DNA of 64,000 bases from Bacillales bacterium UBA4278 (GTDB lineage Bacteria > Bacillota_I > Bacilli_A > RFN20 > CAG-826): assembly GCA_002395065.1 (NCBI GenBank), contig DGVS01000005.1, forward strand, positions 78,928 through 142,927. Reading direction: 5' to 3'. The notes under the pieces were generated by a model, which was given only the letters and a program-made list of their open reading frames with translations, was not told the origin of the DNA and ran no database searches. A program made the translations under genes and the position numbers. The number at the start of each line of letters is the position of its first letter. Within the stretch, counting starts at the first letter, position 1. Shown in pieces: positions 42,698 to 51,888 of this stretch.

Positions 42698-42926
42698 GTT
42701 CTTTGGCTTGATCCATCTGTTTTTGGATTTCTTCATCCTCGATTGGGACTAAGATTCGATCAAGTTCTTCTTTGGCGGCCTGCTTTTCATCAATCTCTGG
42801 TTTCTTAATTTTTAAGAAATTGATTTTGTTTTTCGCTAGCATAACGCCTAAAACGATTAAACCAAAAAATCCAAGAAGTCCAAGAAGGACCCATAAAGGT
42901 AGTAAATCAGATGCGAGAATGTACAT
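42675..42926 (-). CDS. Small single-pass membrane protein, hypothetical
   Basis: TM helix then charged tail; SD GAGGA before ATG 42926; overlaps the hemW start. Confidence 0.65.
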   Translation of the reverse strand: MYILASDLLPLWVLLGLLGFFGLIVLGVMLAKNKINFLKIKKPEIDEKQAAKEELDRILVPIEDEEIQKQMDQAKEHDEFHQQ

Positions 42927-42955
42927 AACTTTTTCCTCTTTCAAATTGTATCTTA

Positions 42956-43921
42956 TTATTGGAGCATTTCAATAAGTTCTGGTAGTCCAGAAGCTGTTTC
43001 ATGCTTCATTTGGATTGCTTCTTCAATATCGTAATCAACGATGACACTGTGTTTCATGCCGACAATTCGACCACTTTTAACTTTGTTATCGACGAGCAAC
43101 TCAATTGCGTGTGCCGAGAAACGAGCTGCAAGAATTCGATCTTCGGCCACTGGGGATCCTCCACGTTGAAGTCTTCCAAGAACTTCTGTACGAGTAGTAA
43201 ATCCAGTTTCTTTTTCGACCTTTTTGGCGAGCTCGTTAATATCAAGCAGGTTTTCACTGACGATAATAATCGCGTGATCCTTCTTTTCATCTTTCATCTT
43301 GCGAAGACGTTTGAATAAGCTTTCTTCATCCAAAGGATGTTCGACACAAATCACGCCTTCGGCACCTTCTGCTAGAGCACTAAAGAGGGCTAAATCTCCA
43401 CAATGACGTCCCATGACTTCAATGAGAGAACATCTTTGATGGGATGAAGATGTGTCCTTTAGTTTATCGACACATTCACAGATGGTGTTTAAGGCTGTAG
43501 CAAAACCAATTGTTTTATCGGTTGAGCCAACATCATTATCAATTGTGGCAGGGATACCAACAACTCTCACACCTTGTTTGGCTAAAGCGGCTAATCCACG
43601 GTAAGTTCCATCGCCACCAATACCAACAAGAGCGTCAATGCCGAAATCTTTTAAGATTTCTGCGGCTTTCTTTTGTGCTTCAACTTCTAAAAATTCTTTT
43701 AACCTAGCTGAACGAATGATTGTTCCACCACGATTAATAATATCTTGGGTAAAATCTTTGTTGACTTGTTTAATGTTTCCTTCAAGTAGTCCACGAAAAC
43801 CATCATAGATGACGTACATTTCTTTTTTAGCGACTAAACCAGCACGAATCACGGCTCGAACAGCAGCGTTCATTCCTGGGGCATCACCACCACTTGTTAA
43901 TACAGCAATTTTGTGAATCAT
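42956..43921 (-). CDS. pfkA: ATP-dependent 6-phosphofructokinase
   Basis: TSGGDAPGMN, GGDG, TIDND, EVMGR, QRGG. Confidence 0.95.
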   Translation of the reverse strand: MIHKIAVLTSGGDAPGMNAAVRAVIRAGLVAKKEMYVIYDGFRGLLEGNIKQVNKDFTQDIINRGGTIIRSARLKEFLEVEAQKKAAEILKDFGIDALVGIGGDGTYRGLAALAKQGVRVVGIPATIDNDVGSTDKTIGFATALNTICECVDKLKDTSSSHQRCSLIEVMGRHCGDLALFSALAEGAEGVICVEHPLDEESLFKRLRKMKDEKKDHAIIIVSENLLDINELAKKVEKETGFTTRTEVLGRLQRGGSPVAEDRILAARFSAHAIELLVDNKVKSGRIVGMKHSVIVDYDIEEAIQMKHETASGLPELIEMLQ

Positions 43922-43926
43922 TTTTC

Positions 43927-45300
43927 TTAGTCCTTAAAGATTGGAGTGTAAACAAACTTTTTGTTGTTAACCTTTTCGCGGCGATAATAACCTCGTAAAA
44001 CGAGGTGATCCATTGAAGTACGAGCCGTTTCATAGACGCAGCCTTCGGCTTTACGATATTGTTCAATGGTATAGAAATGGCTTTTCTCACGGTGACGAAT
44101 ATAAAAATGGGCTTGACCTTTCTTTAGTGTTGGGTCAGTTTCTAAAAGTTCTTCAGTGAGTTTTTGAAGTTCTTTTTCACTTAAAGTTTGTTCACTTACT
44201 TTAGTAAACGTTTCAACATGAACCTTTGGCTGTTCAACTTCAACAACAGGCTTGTAGGTTGGTTTTGTCTCTTCAACAACTGGTTCATAATGAACGGATT
44301 CTTTTTTTACTTCTTCGACGTGTTCTTTAAAGTCTTCCTCAAGTTGATTTAAGGAATGGGACACGAAGACATTGCTAGCATCCTCAATTGTTTGAAGAAG
44401 AATATCTAAATAAACATTAATCATATAAGTGAGGTCATGAGTTCTTTGAACTTCTTTGGCAAGAGTACCAACTAAAAGTTGTTGTTCGCTAAGAAGATTT
44501 TCAATAGGTAAGAAAACACCACATTCGCCGATCTCACGGACAAGAATTGCCTTACACAGCAAGATACTCATTTCGTAGTTATAACGTGAGAATGGTTTAA
44601 CATAGTTAAAGACATAACAAACAATGGCGACACGAACATAAAGTGGTAGGTCGCGACGTTCAACGAAACGAAATAATGATTCCATCTGGGATTCAATGAG
44701 GTTTGCTGGTGCGCCAACGTACTCACGTCCGATTAAGACGTTATTCTTTTGTTCGATGTCTGCAGTTCTATAGAACTCAGAAAGTTCAGGATTTCCAGTA
44801 AGTAAACTATAGAAATCAGCTAAGAGGTTTTCGTCAATATTTAACGAATCTAAATTTAAGCGATCAAAAGCTTTGAGGTATCTTTGTAGATAAGCAAATT
44901 GAGGATCAATGTTTTCTTCGCGAAGAATGTTGCTAATCGAAACATCATCAACATTCTTGTTATTTGCTTTAGCAATGCTTTTTAAGCATTTGCTGATTAA
45001 AGAGTTAACAATTCTTTGATAATCAAGCGTTTCTTGAGAGATATTTTTAAAGATTTGCTTATAGTTATAGCCCTCTGAATTAACATTTCCAATTTTGTTT
45101 TGGATCAGTTGACAGAAGCAGATGCTATAAGGCGTCTTTGTAAAATCAACTAGGTTAATCTTTTGACTCGACTTTTCACGATAAGCTAAAATCTCAGCCC
45201 AAATTGGATCAATTAGGTTTGTTCCAAGTGCGCGGGCAACTTCTAATCTTGTTGCATATTTTTCTTCTGTAAAGCGAAATGGTAAATTTTGATAACCCAT
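43927..45300 (-). CDS. Fic-like domain protein with degenerate active site and C-terminal winged HTH
   Basis: FNYVKPFSRYNYEMS where HPFxDGNGR is expected; C-terminal YTIEQYRK...YETARTSMDHLV..GYY...KKFVY. Confidence 0.6.
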   Translation of the reverse strand: MGYQNLPFRFTEEKYATRLEVARALGTNLIDPIWAEILAYREKSSQKINLVDFTKTPYSICFCQLIQNKIGNVNSEGYNYKQIFKNISQETLDYQRIVNSLISKCLKSIAKANNKNVDDVSISNILREENIDPQFAYLQRYLKAFDRLNLDSLNIDENLLADFYSLLTGNPELSEFYRTADIEQKNNVLIGREYVGAPANLIESQMESLFRFVERRDLPLYVRVAIVCYVFNYVKPFSRYNYEMSILLCKAILVREIGECGVFLPIENLLSEQQLLVGTLAKEVQRTHDLTYMINVYLDILLQTIEDASNVFVSHSLNQLEEDFKEHVEEVKKESVHYEPVVEETKPTYKPVVEVEQPKVHVETFTKVSEQTLSEKELQKLTEELLETDPTLKKGQAHFYIRHREKSHFYTIEQYRKAEGCVYETARTSMDHLVLRGYYRREKVNNKKFVYTPIFKD

Positions 45301-45321
45301 AAACGATACCTCTTTACATAA

Positions 45322-45350
45322 ATTCTAACATTTGCGATTTCTTATTACAA
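45322..45350 (-). promoter_or_regulatory. Sigma-A promoter of fic-like-pfkA operon
   Basis: TTGTAA, 17 bp, TGT-TAGAAT extended -10. Confidence 0.65.
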
Positions 45351-45357
45351 TAAGGAT

Positions 45358-45386
45358 TTACTAATTATTTACCAATCGGCTACTAA
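45358..45386 (-). repeat. TTAGTA(G/A) heptad array (array 5)
   Basis: Minus strand TTAGTAG-ccga-TTGGTAA-ataa-TTAGTAA, period 11. Confidence 0.8.
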
Positions 45387-45390
45387 ACAA

Positions 45391-47199
45391 TTATTCATCA
45401 TCAATCGAGAGAACACTCATAAATGCTTCTTGAGGAACCTCGACAGAGCCGATTGCTTTCATGCGTTTTTTGCCTTCTTTTTGTTTCTCTAAAAGCTTTC
45501 TTTTTCGAGAGATATCTCCGCCATAACATTTGGCTAAAACGTCTTTGCGCACAGCCTTAATATCGGCACGCGCAATGACTTTGCCATTAATGGCAGCTTG
45601 GACAGGAACTTCGAATTGTTGTCGCGGAATAATTTCTTTGAGTTTACGAACAACAACTGAGCCACGTTCATAGGCATTTGTCTTATAGACAATGGTGCTT
45701 AAAGCATCGATTGTTTCTCCGTTAAGAAGAATATCCATCTTGGCCAGATTTGAAGCGTAGTAGCCACTATATTCATAGTCAAACGAAGCATAGCCTTTCG
45801 TGTATGATTTTAATTTATCAAAGAAATTGTAAACAATTTCAGCAAGTGGAAGTTCGTATGTAATAATCATTCTTGTATCATCAAAATACTGTAAATCGTG
45901 GTAAATACCACGTCTTTCTTTGCAAAGCTCCATCACTGGACCAACATACTCCTTAGGAGTCATGATTTCAGCTTTCACAAATGGTTCTTGGATTTCCTTT
46001 ATTAACGTTAAGTCTGGTAACTTAGACGGGTTATCAAGTTTAATCATATCTCCTTTTTGGAGATAAACATGATAAATAACACTTGGAGCAGTTAAGATCA
46101 GGTCTAATCCATATTCTCGTTCAAGTCTTTCCTGCACCACATCCATATGTAAAAGGCCTAAAAAGCCACATCTAAAGCCGAAACCAAGAGCTTGTGATGT
46201 TTCGGCTTCATAGACTAAAGAAGCATCGTTTAACGAGAGTTTTTCTAAAGCATCTTTTAGATCAAGATATTTTTTAGAGTCCACGGGATAAAGACCACAA
46301 TAGACCATTGGGTTCATCTTCCTGTATCCAGGAAGAGGTTTTTCACAAGGTTGATCAGCGTTCGTGATCGTATCACCAGGAACGACATCTCGAATGTCTT
46401 TGATTTGTCCGGCTAAATAGCCGACCTCTCCTGCGGATAAAGAATCAACTTTAATCTCCTTTGGAGTGCGGATTCCAACTTCAGTAACTTCGTATTCTTT
46501 ATTGGCGGCCATCAATCGAATCTTATCTCCGACTTTGACCGAACCATTCTTGACACAGATTAAAACAACAACGCCACGATATGAATCGTAGTATGAATCA
46601 AAGATTAATGCTTGGAGAGGTTTATTATCATCTCCTTTAGGAGATGGAATATATTTTACAACAGCTTCTAAGACGTCAGGCACACCAGCGCCAGTTTTTG
46701 CTGATACTTCGCATGCGTTTTCACATGAAATACCAATCCGTTTTTCGATTTCTTCTTTGACCATTTCTGGCATAGCGCTAGGTAAATCAATCTTATTGAT
46801 TACCGGAACTATTTCGAGGTTATTGTCGACGGCTAAGTAAACATTAGCAAGAGTTTGAGCTTCAACTCCTTGAGTTGCATCAACAACTAGAAGACAACCT
46901 TCACAAGCAGCTAAGGAGCGAGATACTTCGTATGTAAAGTCAACGTGTCCCGGAGTGTCGATCAAATTAAATAGATACGTTTCTCCGTTTTGCGCCTTGT
47001 ATTTAATTGTGACGGCATTAAGTTTAATCGTGATTCCACGTTCTCTTTCAAGGTCCATTGAATCTAAGAATTGGTCGTGCATCTCTCGTTTAGAGATGGT
47101 TTCGGTTAATTCTAAAATTCGGTCCGCTAAAGTGGATTTACCATGGTCAATATGGGCAATGATAGAGAAATTACGAATATGTTCACGATCAAATTTCAT
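45391..47199 (-). CDS. lepA: Elongation factor 4
   Basis: [36 protein letters not shown]. Confidence 0.98.
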   Translation of the reverse strand: MKFDREHIRNFSIIAHIDHGKSTLADRILELTETISKREMHDQFLDSMDLERERGITIKLNAVTIKYKAQNGETYLFNLIDTPGHVDFTYEVSRSLAACEGCLLVVDATQGVEAQTLANVYLAVDNNLEIVPVINKIDLPSAMPEMVKEEIEKRIGISCENACEVSAKTGAGVPDVLEAVVKYIPSPKGDDNKPLQALIFDSYYDSYRGVVVLICVKNGSVKVGDKIRLMAANKEYEVTEVGIRTPKEIKVDSLSAGEVGYLAGQIKDIRDVVPGDTITNADQPCEKPLPGYRKMNPMVYCGLYPVDSKKYLDLKDALEKLSLNDASLVYEAETSQALGFGFRCGFLGLLHMDVVQERLEREYGLDLILTAPSVIYHVYLQKGDMIKLDNPSKLPDLTLIKEIQEPFVKAEIMTPKEYVGPVMELCKERRGIYHDLQYFDDTRMIITYELPLAEIVYNFFDKLKSYTKGYASFDYEYSGYYASNLAKMDILLNGETIDALSTIVYKTNAYERGSVVVRKLKEIIPRQQFEVPVQAAINGKVIARADIKAVRKDVLAKCYGGDISRKRKLLEKQKEGKKRMKAIGSVEVPQEAFMSVLSIDDE

Positions 47200-47223
47200 A
47201 ACAATGAGTGTATTATAACAATT

Positions 47224-49563
47224 TTATTTGTTATTTCTCCAAAAATTTTCACATTCTTCTTTAAGATCTTCCAAAGAAGTAATAACGGTATAATCTTTCC
47301 ATTCATTCCGGAAGAGATCACGGTAGGATTTGGTGAGATAGCGGTCATCAATTAGAAGAGCTACACCGCGGTCATTGTCGCCACGTATAACTCTTCCGAC
47401 GGCCTGCATAACCTTATTCATCCCTGGATAAAGATAGGCAAAATTATAGCCTTCTTGATCTTTTTTATTGAAATAATCTTTTATAAGATTACGTTCATAA
47501 CAAATCTGTGGCATTCCAACTCCAATAACAACCACGCCAATAAGGCGGTCGCTGACAAGGTCGATTCCTTCTCCGAAAGCACCACCAACCACAGCTAGAC
47601 CAACCTTTGTGCGTTTTGGATGGTCCTCGAACGCACTTAAGAAGTTCTCTTTATCGCCCTCCGTCATTTCACGGTTTTGAATAAGTAAGTCGTAATTTTC
47701 ATCCTCTAATAGAGGAGCGATTCTGTCTAAGTATTCATAACTTGGAACATAAACGAAATAATTGCCGATTTTAGAATTTAGTAATGTGTGGACATAGGAA
47801 ACGACTTCTGAAAGAGTTTCTCCACGGTTTTTATATTTAACGGAAATCTTTGGCGCCACCATCAGCTTTAAATGGCTTGGATCAAACGGAGATGGGAGTT
47901 GAAGGAAAGCATCATTTTTTGTTCCTCCAACAGATTTAATGTAATAATCACTTGGAGAGAGTGTTGCCGAAAAAATAGTTCGAGATTTGACTCTGTCAAA
48001 ACTCATCTTTAAATGTTCACTTGGATCAAGACAGAAGAGATTAATTGAGAGGTCTTTTTCTCCGTTTTTTGAGACATATAAAACAAAGGAATCATCAAAG
48101 TAGTCATATAGGTGGAAGAACTTATTCAGTTCAATGGAGAAATCTTTTAGTTCATCTGTCACAAATTCATGATGAAGTCGAGAAACATCTTTACTTGCGA
48201 GTAAGAACGCTTCAATCCCATTCAGATGAGTTTGTTCTAAATAAGGAATCTCATGATCTCCAATCTCGAGTTCTTTGAACTCATTGAACATTTTGGAGAT
48301 TCTTTTTAAAGCGTTCTTCATCTTTTTGTGGGTTAAACCACTTAACGAATGTTGAACCTTCTTATAAAGACGATAGTTAAGTGAAGCAGAATACATTTTT
48401 CGTCCACGTTCAATGAGGTTATGAGCCTCATCAACTAGAACGATTTTATCTGATGCGTCTTCATCGAAATATCTTTGTAAATGAACGATTGGATCGAAGA
48501 AATAGTTGTAATCGCAGATAATAATATCAGCGAACAGCGAAAGGTCTAAAGAAAATTCGAATGGACAAATAGCATAGTGTCCAGCGATTTCTTGAAGAGT
48601 AGTAAAATCAAATGTTTGGTAATTCTTTAAAGCATATTCTAGGACTTTGCGAATGTTCGTATAATAGTCTTTCGCGTATGGACATTCATCTGGATTACAC
48701 GCCTTGCCCGGACAGAAGCAAATCTTTTCTTTTGCTGTGATAACAATCGGCGTTGCTTCTAATCCATGCTCTATGAGCATCCTAGAAGTTTCTAAAGCCA
48801 TTTCTTTCCCAGAATTCTTTGCTGTTAGATAGAAAATTTTCTCATTTTCTTCTCCGGCAAAAGATTTTACGGATGGGTAAAGAGCAGAAATTGTTTTACC
48901 AATTCCAGTCGGAGCTTCAACAAAGAGCGTTCCGCCGTTTTGGGCCACCGCATAACAATACTTTGACATTTGGCGCTGTCCAAAGCGGAAATCCTCAAAT
49001 GGGAATTCTAATTTAGCAGCACTTTTATTTCTTTTTACAGTGCGATCAATGATGAAACGGTAAAAATCTAAATACTCTTTGAACAATTCGTCAACATATT
49101 TTTCGAGTTCTTCTAATGAATAGCGAAACTCTTTAAAGAGTTTTGATTTATCTAATTGATGATAATAGGTTAGTTTAATGTTAATAAAATCAAGTTTTCT
49201 TTCGTGAGCAAACATCAAGGCGTAGCACTTGGCTTGACCGAGGTGCCATTCTTTTTGGGAAAGATAATATTCATCCAAATTAACAATGGTTGATTTAATT
49301 TCTTCGAGGACATATTCTTGTCCATCAAAATAGACTCCATCAGCGCGTCCTTCTAAAACGATATCAATTCCTTGAACATGGAATTTTTCACGAAGCGGAT
49401 ATTCAGCAAGATAGTTCTTGCCTTGCTTACTTTGGTGCATCGAATGCAAAAAAGTGCCTTCTTGCATCGTTTCTTGATTATAAATGCGGTTATCAATATC
49501 ACCAGTACGAAGCAAAAAATCAACAAGTTGATGCACTGATAAAACTAACTCGTATTTTTCCAC
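47224..49563 (-). CDS. DinG/XPD-family FeS helicase with N-terminal PD-(D/E)XK nuclease domain
   Basis: G..H...E...GRADG...EIKS...QAKCY; APTGIGKT, four FeS cysteines, DEAH, SAT, QAVGRVIR; GTG start. Confidence 0.85.
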   Translation of the reverse strand: MEKYELVLSVHQLVDFLLRTGDIDNRIYNQETMQEGTFLHSMHQSKQGKNYLAEYPLREKFHVQGIDIVLEGRADGVYFDGQEYVLEEIKSTIVNLDEYYLSQKEWHLGQAKCYALMFAHERKLDFINIKLTYYHQLDKSKLFKEFRYSLEELEKYVDELFKEYLDFYRFIIDRTVKRNKSAAKLEFPFEDFRFGQRQMSKYCYAVAQNGGTLFVEAPTGIGKTISALYPSVKSFAGEENEKIFYLTAKNSGKEMALETSRMLIEHGLEATPIVITAKEKICFCPGKACNPDECPYAKDYYTNIRKVLEYALKNYQTFDFTTLQEIAGHYAICPFEFSLDLSLFADIIICDYNYFFDPIVHLQRYFDEDASDKIVLVDEAHNLIERGRKMYSASLNYRLYKKVQHSLSGLTHKKMKNALKRISKMFNEFKELEIGDHEIPYLEQTHLNGIEAFLLASKDVSRLHHEFVTDELKDFSIELNKFFHLYDYFDDSFVLYVSKNGEKDLSINLFCLDPSEHLKMSFDRVKSRTIFSATLSPSDYYIKSVGGTKNDAFLQLPSPFDPSHLKLMVAPKISVKYKNRGETLSEVVSYVHTLLNSKIGNYFVYVPSYEYLDRIAPLLEDENYDLLIQNREMTEGDKENFLSAFEDHPKRTKVGLAVVGGAFGEGIDLVSDRLIGVVVIGVGMPQICYERNLIKDYFNKKDQEGYNFAYLYPGMNKVMQAVGRVIRGDNDRGVALLIDDRYLTKSYRDLFRNEWKDYTVITSLEDLKEECENFWRNNK

Positions 49564-49601
49564 GATTAGATTATAACAAAAAAGGCCTTAGATAAGACCT
49601 T

Positions 49602-50537
49602 TTATTGAAGAATTTTCTTATCAAGTTTGGCGTTGCCATTTGCAAAAGAGACGCCATCGGTTTTCTTTTTTCCTTCTAGTTGAAGTTGGTTAACCTTAAT
49701 AATTCCATTATTTAACTGGATAAATGTCCCTTTTTTGATGATTAGTTGACCAGTTTTGTATTTAACATCATCTGAATAAGGCTCAACGTGGTAAAGTTTT
49801 AATTTTTTACCATCTACTATAACGTATGCGCCAGGCATTTCGCTTAAAGCATGAACATAACGAATAAATTCGTTAACACACATCTCTAAATGGACATGTT
49901 CATCTTCTGAATGAATCTTGTTAGCGAATGTTACTTCATCTTCGTTTTGTTCTTCGCCTTCAAGTTCTCCGTTTAAATACGCAATCAAGTTATCGCGAAT
50001 AAGTTTCACTGAACACTCGACAATTTTTTGTTGCATGGAGGTCATTGTGTCCTCGTCAGTAATTGGGCAAGTTTCTTTAGCATACATTTTGCCAGCATCC
50101 ATCTCATCAACCATTTCCATTAAGGTCACACCAGTTTGTTGATCGCCGTTCATAATGGCTCTTTGAATTGGTGCTGCTCCGCGATAACTTGGTAAAAGGG
50201 AAGCGTGGAGGTTTAGACAGCCATATTTTGGAAGAACAATTAGTTCATGAGGGATGATTTGGCCATAGGCCATTGATAAAATTAGATCCGGTTTTAAGTC
50301 TTTGACGAATTCGAAATCTTTACGAATTCTATGCGGCTGAAACACTGGAATATTGTGGGCTTGAGCAACCTGTTTTGTCGGGACTGGTTCAAGCTCTTTT
50401 TTACGCCCGACTGGTTTATCCTCTTGGGCAATAACCCCAACAATGTTAAAGCCATCTTGAATCATTGTTTCAAGAACTTGGGCACTAAAACGAGGAGTAC
50501 CCATGTATACAATTCGATATTCGTTAATTAGTTTCAT
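49602..50537 (-). CDS. fmt: Methionyl-tRNA formyltransferase
   Basis: YMGTP, NLHASLLP.YRGAAPIQ, MDAG. Confidence 0.95.
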   Translation of the reverse strand: MKLINEYRIVYMGTPRFSAQVLETMIQDGFNIVGVIAQEDKPVGRKKELEPVPTKQVAQAHNIPVFQPHRIRKDFEFVKDLKPDLILSMAYGQIIPHELIVLPKYGCLNLHASLLPSYRGAAPIQRAIMNGDQQTGVTLMEMVDEMDAGKMYAKETCPITDEDTMTSMQQKIVECSVKLIRDNLIAYLNGELEGEEQNEDEVTFANKIHSEDEHVHLEMCVNEFIRYVHALSEMPGAYVIVDGKKLKLYHVEPYSDDVKYKTGQLIIKKGTFIQLNNGIIKVNQLQLEGKKKTDGVSFANGNAKLDKKILQ

Positions 50538-50654
50538 GAGTTCAATTATATTGATTTAGTAAATGATTTACAATCATACATGATAGAAAAAATAGTTGTT
50601 AGTTTATCTTAAGTTTGCTAAACTTATGTGCGAATCTTTTATAGGAGATAACAA

Positions 50655-50918
50655 ATGGCACAAATTAAGTCACAAATTAAACGTATTGAAACAAATGAAC
50701 GCAGCCGTCAACGCAATGTCGCTGTCCGTAGTCGTATCGCTACCGAAAGCAAGAAAGTCGTTGCTCTTGTTGAAAAGAAAGATGTCGAAGCAGCAAAGAA
50801 ACAACTTGTTGTTGCTTGCAAATTAATCGACAAATCTGTTACAGCTGGAGTTTATGCTCGTAATACAGCTGCACGCAAAAAATCATATCTTCAACGTTTA
50901 GTTAACTCAGTTAAATAA
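50655..50918 (+). CDS. rpsT: 30S ribosomal protein S20
   Basis: MAQIKSQIKR...IDKSV..GV...NTAARKKS. Confidence 0.95.
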   Translation: MAQIKSQIKRIETNERSRQRNVAVRSRIATESKKVVALVEKKDVEAAKKQLVVACKLIDKSVTAGVYARNTAARKKSYLQRLVNSVK

Positions 50919-50922
50919 AAGA

Positions 50923-51873
50923 TTAGTTTGGAAAATTGATTAGAAATAATTCAAATCCATAGAAGCGGTCAATCTGGCCGCTTTTTATGTTGTAATCGAG
51001 TTGATATAGGTCATCAAGAGCGTGAGCAATCATCGTTCTTGAAAGATAACGTGAATTATTTAAAGCGATCTTAACACGAATCTCGCTAACGCCAAGTTGC
51101 TTTGCAATCTGCCCTTTTTCGAGACCTTTTTCGTCTAAAAAGCAGACTTCAGAAATAAAACGGAACTGTGTCCCAAGCATTGGAATCAAAGTGTCCGTGG
51201 CTCTCGATCCAAGCTTTTGTAGATCACGGAAAATTGATAATGCTGTTGCGTTGTCTCCACGCATTAATGCGTTAGAGATTTGAAACACATCATCTTCGAG
51301 AGGTTTATTCATCATTAAGCAGACATCCGCTACCGTAATTTTGTCTTTATATAGAACTAGTTTTTGAGCTTCATTCATGAAGCGATATAAATCTCCATCA
51401 ACTCTTGAAGCGAGTTCGCTAACTGCGGCGGGTTCAATTTCGACGTTTTGATCCTTAAAATACTTTTTAATATAGACTGGCCAATCTTCTTTTTTGAGAT
51501 TAACAAAATTAAAGATTTGTCCCTTTTCTTTAACCTCTTGAACAAGTGGTAATTTATCATCGATTGTTGAACTACGATGAATGAGAATTAAATCGATTTC
51601 ATCGGAAGAATTTTGAATTAATTTGGTAAAGATTTCTCTTAATTCTTTGTTTCCACCATTACCTAAAAATGTACAGTGATCAACGACGATAGCTTTTCTT
51701 TCATATCCTAAAGGAAGAAGTTCGGCTTCGGCTTCAATTTCATGAGGATCTGTTTCATCTAAGTCAAACTTCACCACATTAAAATTATCTGGTTGTCCTA
51801 AACGTTCTTTTAGGATTTTCGATAATCGCTTTTTGATCATCGGAAATTGTTCGCCATAGAGAATGTAATTCAT
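50923..51873 (-). CDS. holA: DNA polymerase III delta subunit
   Basis: YILYGE, NEAQKL, LDYNIKSG; comEC-holA-rpsT synteny. Confidence 0.85.
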   Translation of the reverse strand: MNYILYGEQFPMIKKRLSKILKERLGQPDNFNVVKFDLDETDPHEIEAEAELLPLGYERKAIVVDHCTFLGNGGNKELREIFTKLIQNSSDEIDLILIHRSSTIDDKLPLVQEVKEKGQIFNFVNLKKEDWPVYIKKYFKDQNVEIEPAAVSELASRVDGDLYRFMNEAQKLVLYKDKITVADVCLMMNKPLEDDVFQISNALMRGDNATALSIFRDLQKLGSRATDTLIPMLGTQFRFISEVCFLDEKGLEKGQIAKQLGVSEIRVKIALNNSRYLSRTMIAHALDDLYQLDYNIKSGQIDRFYGFELFLINFPN

Positions 51874-51888
51874 GTTTCAAATTATACA

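Noticed and set aside
47224-49563. Type IV CRISPR CasDinG or Cas4 locus
   Set aside because: No array or other cas genes; flanked by lepA and fmt
50556-50562. Single TTAGTAA between fmt and rpsT
   Set aside because: No second copy at 11-bp spacing; expected by chance in AT-rich DNA
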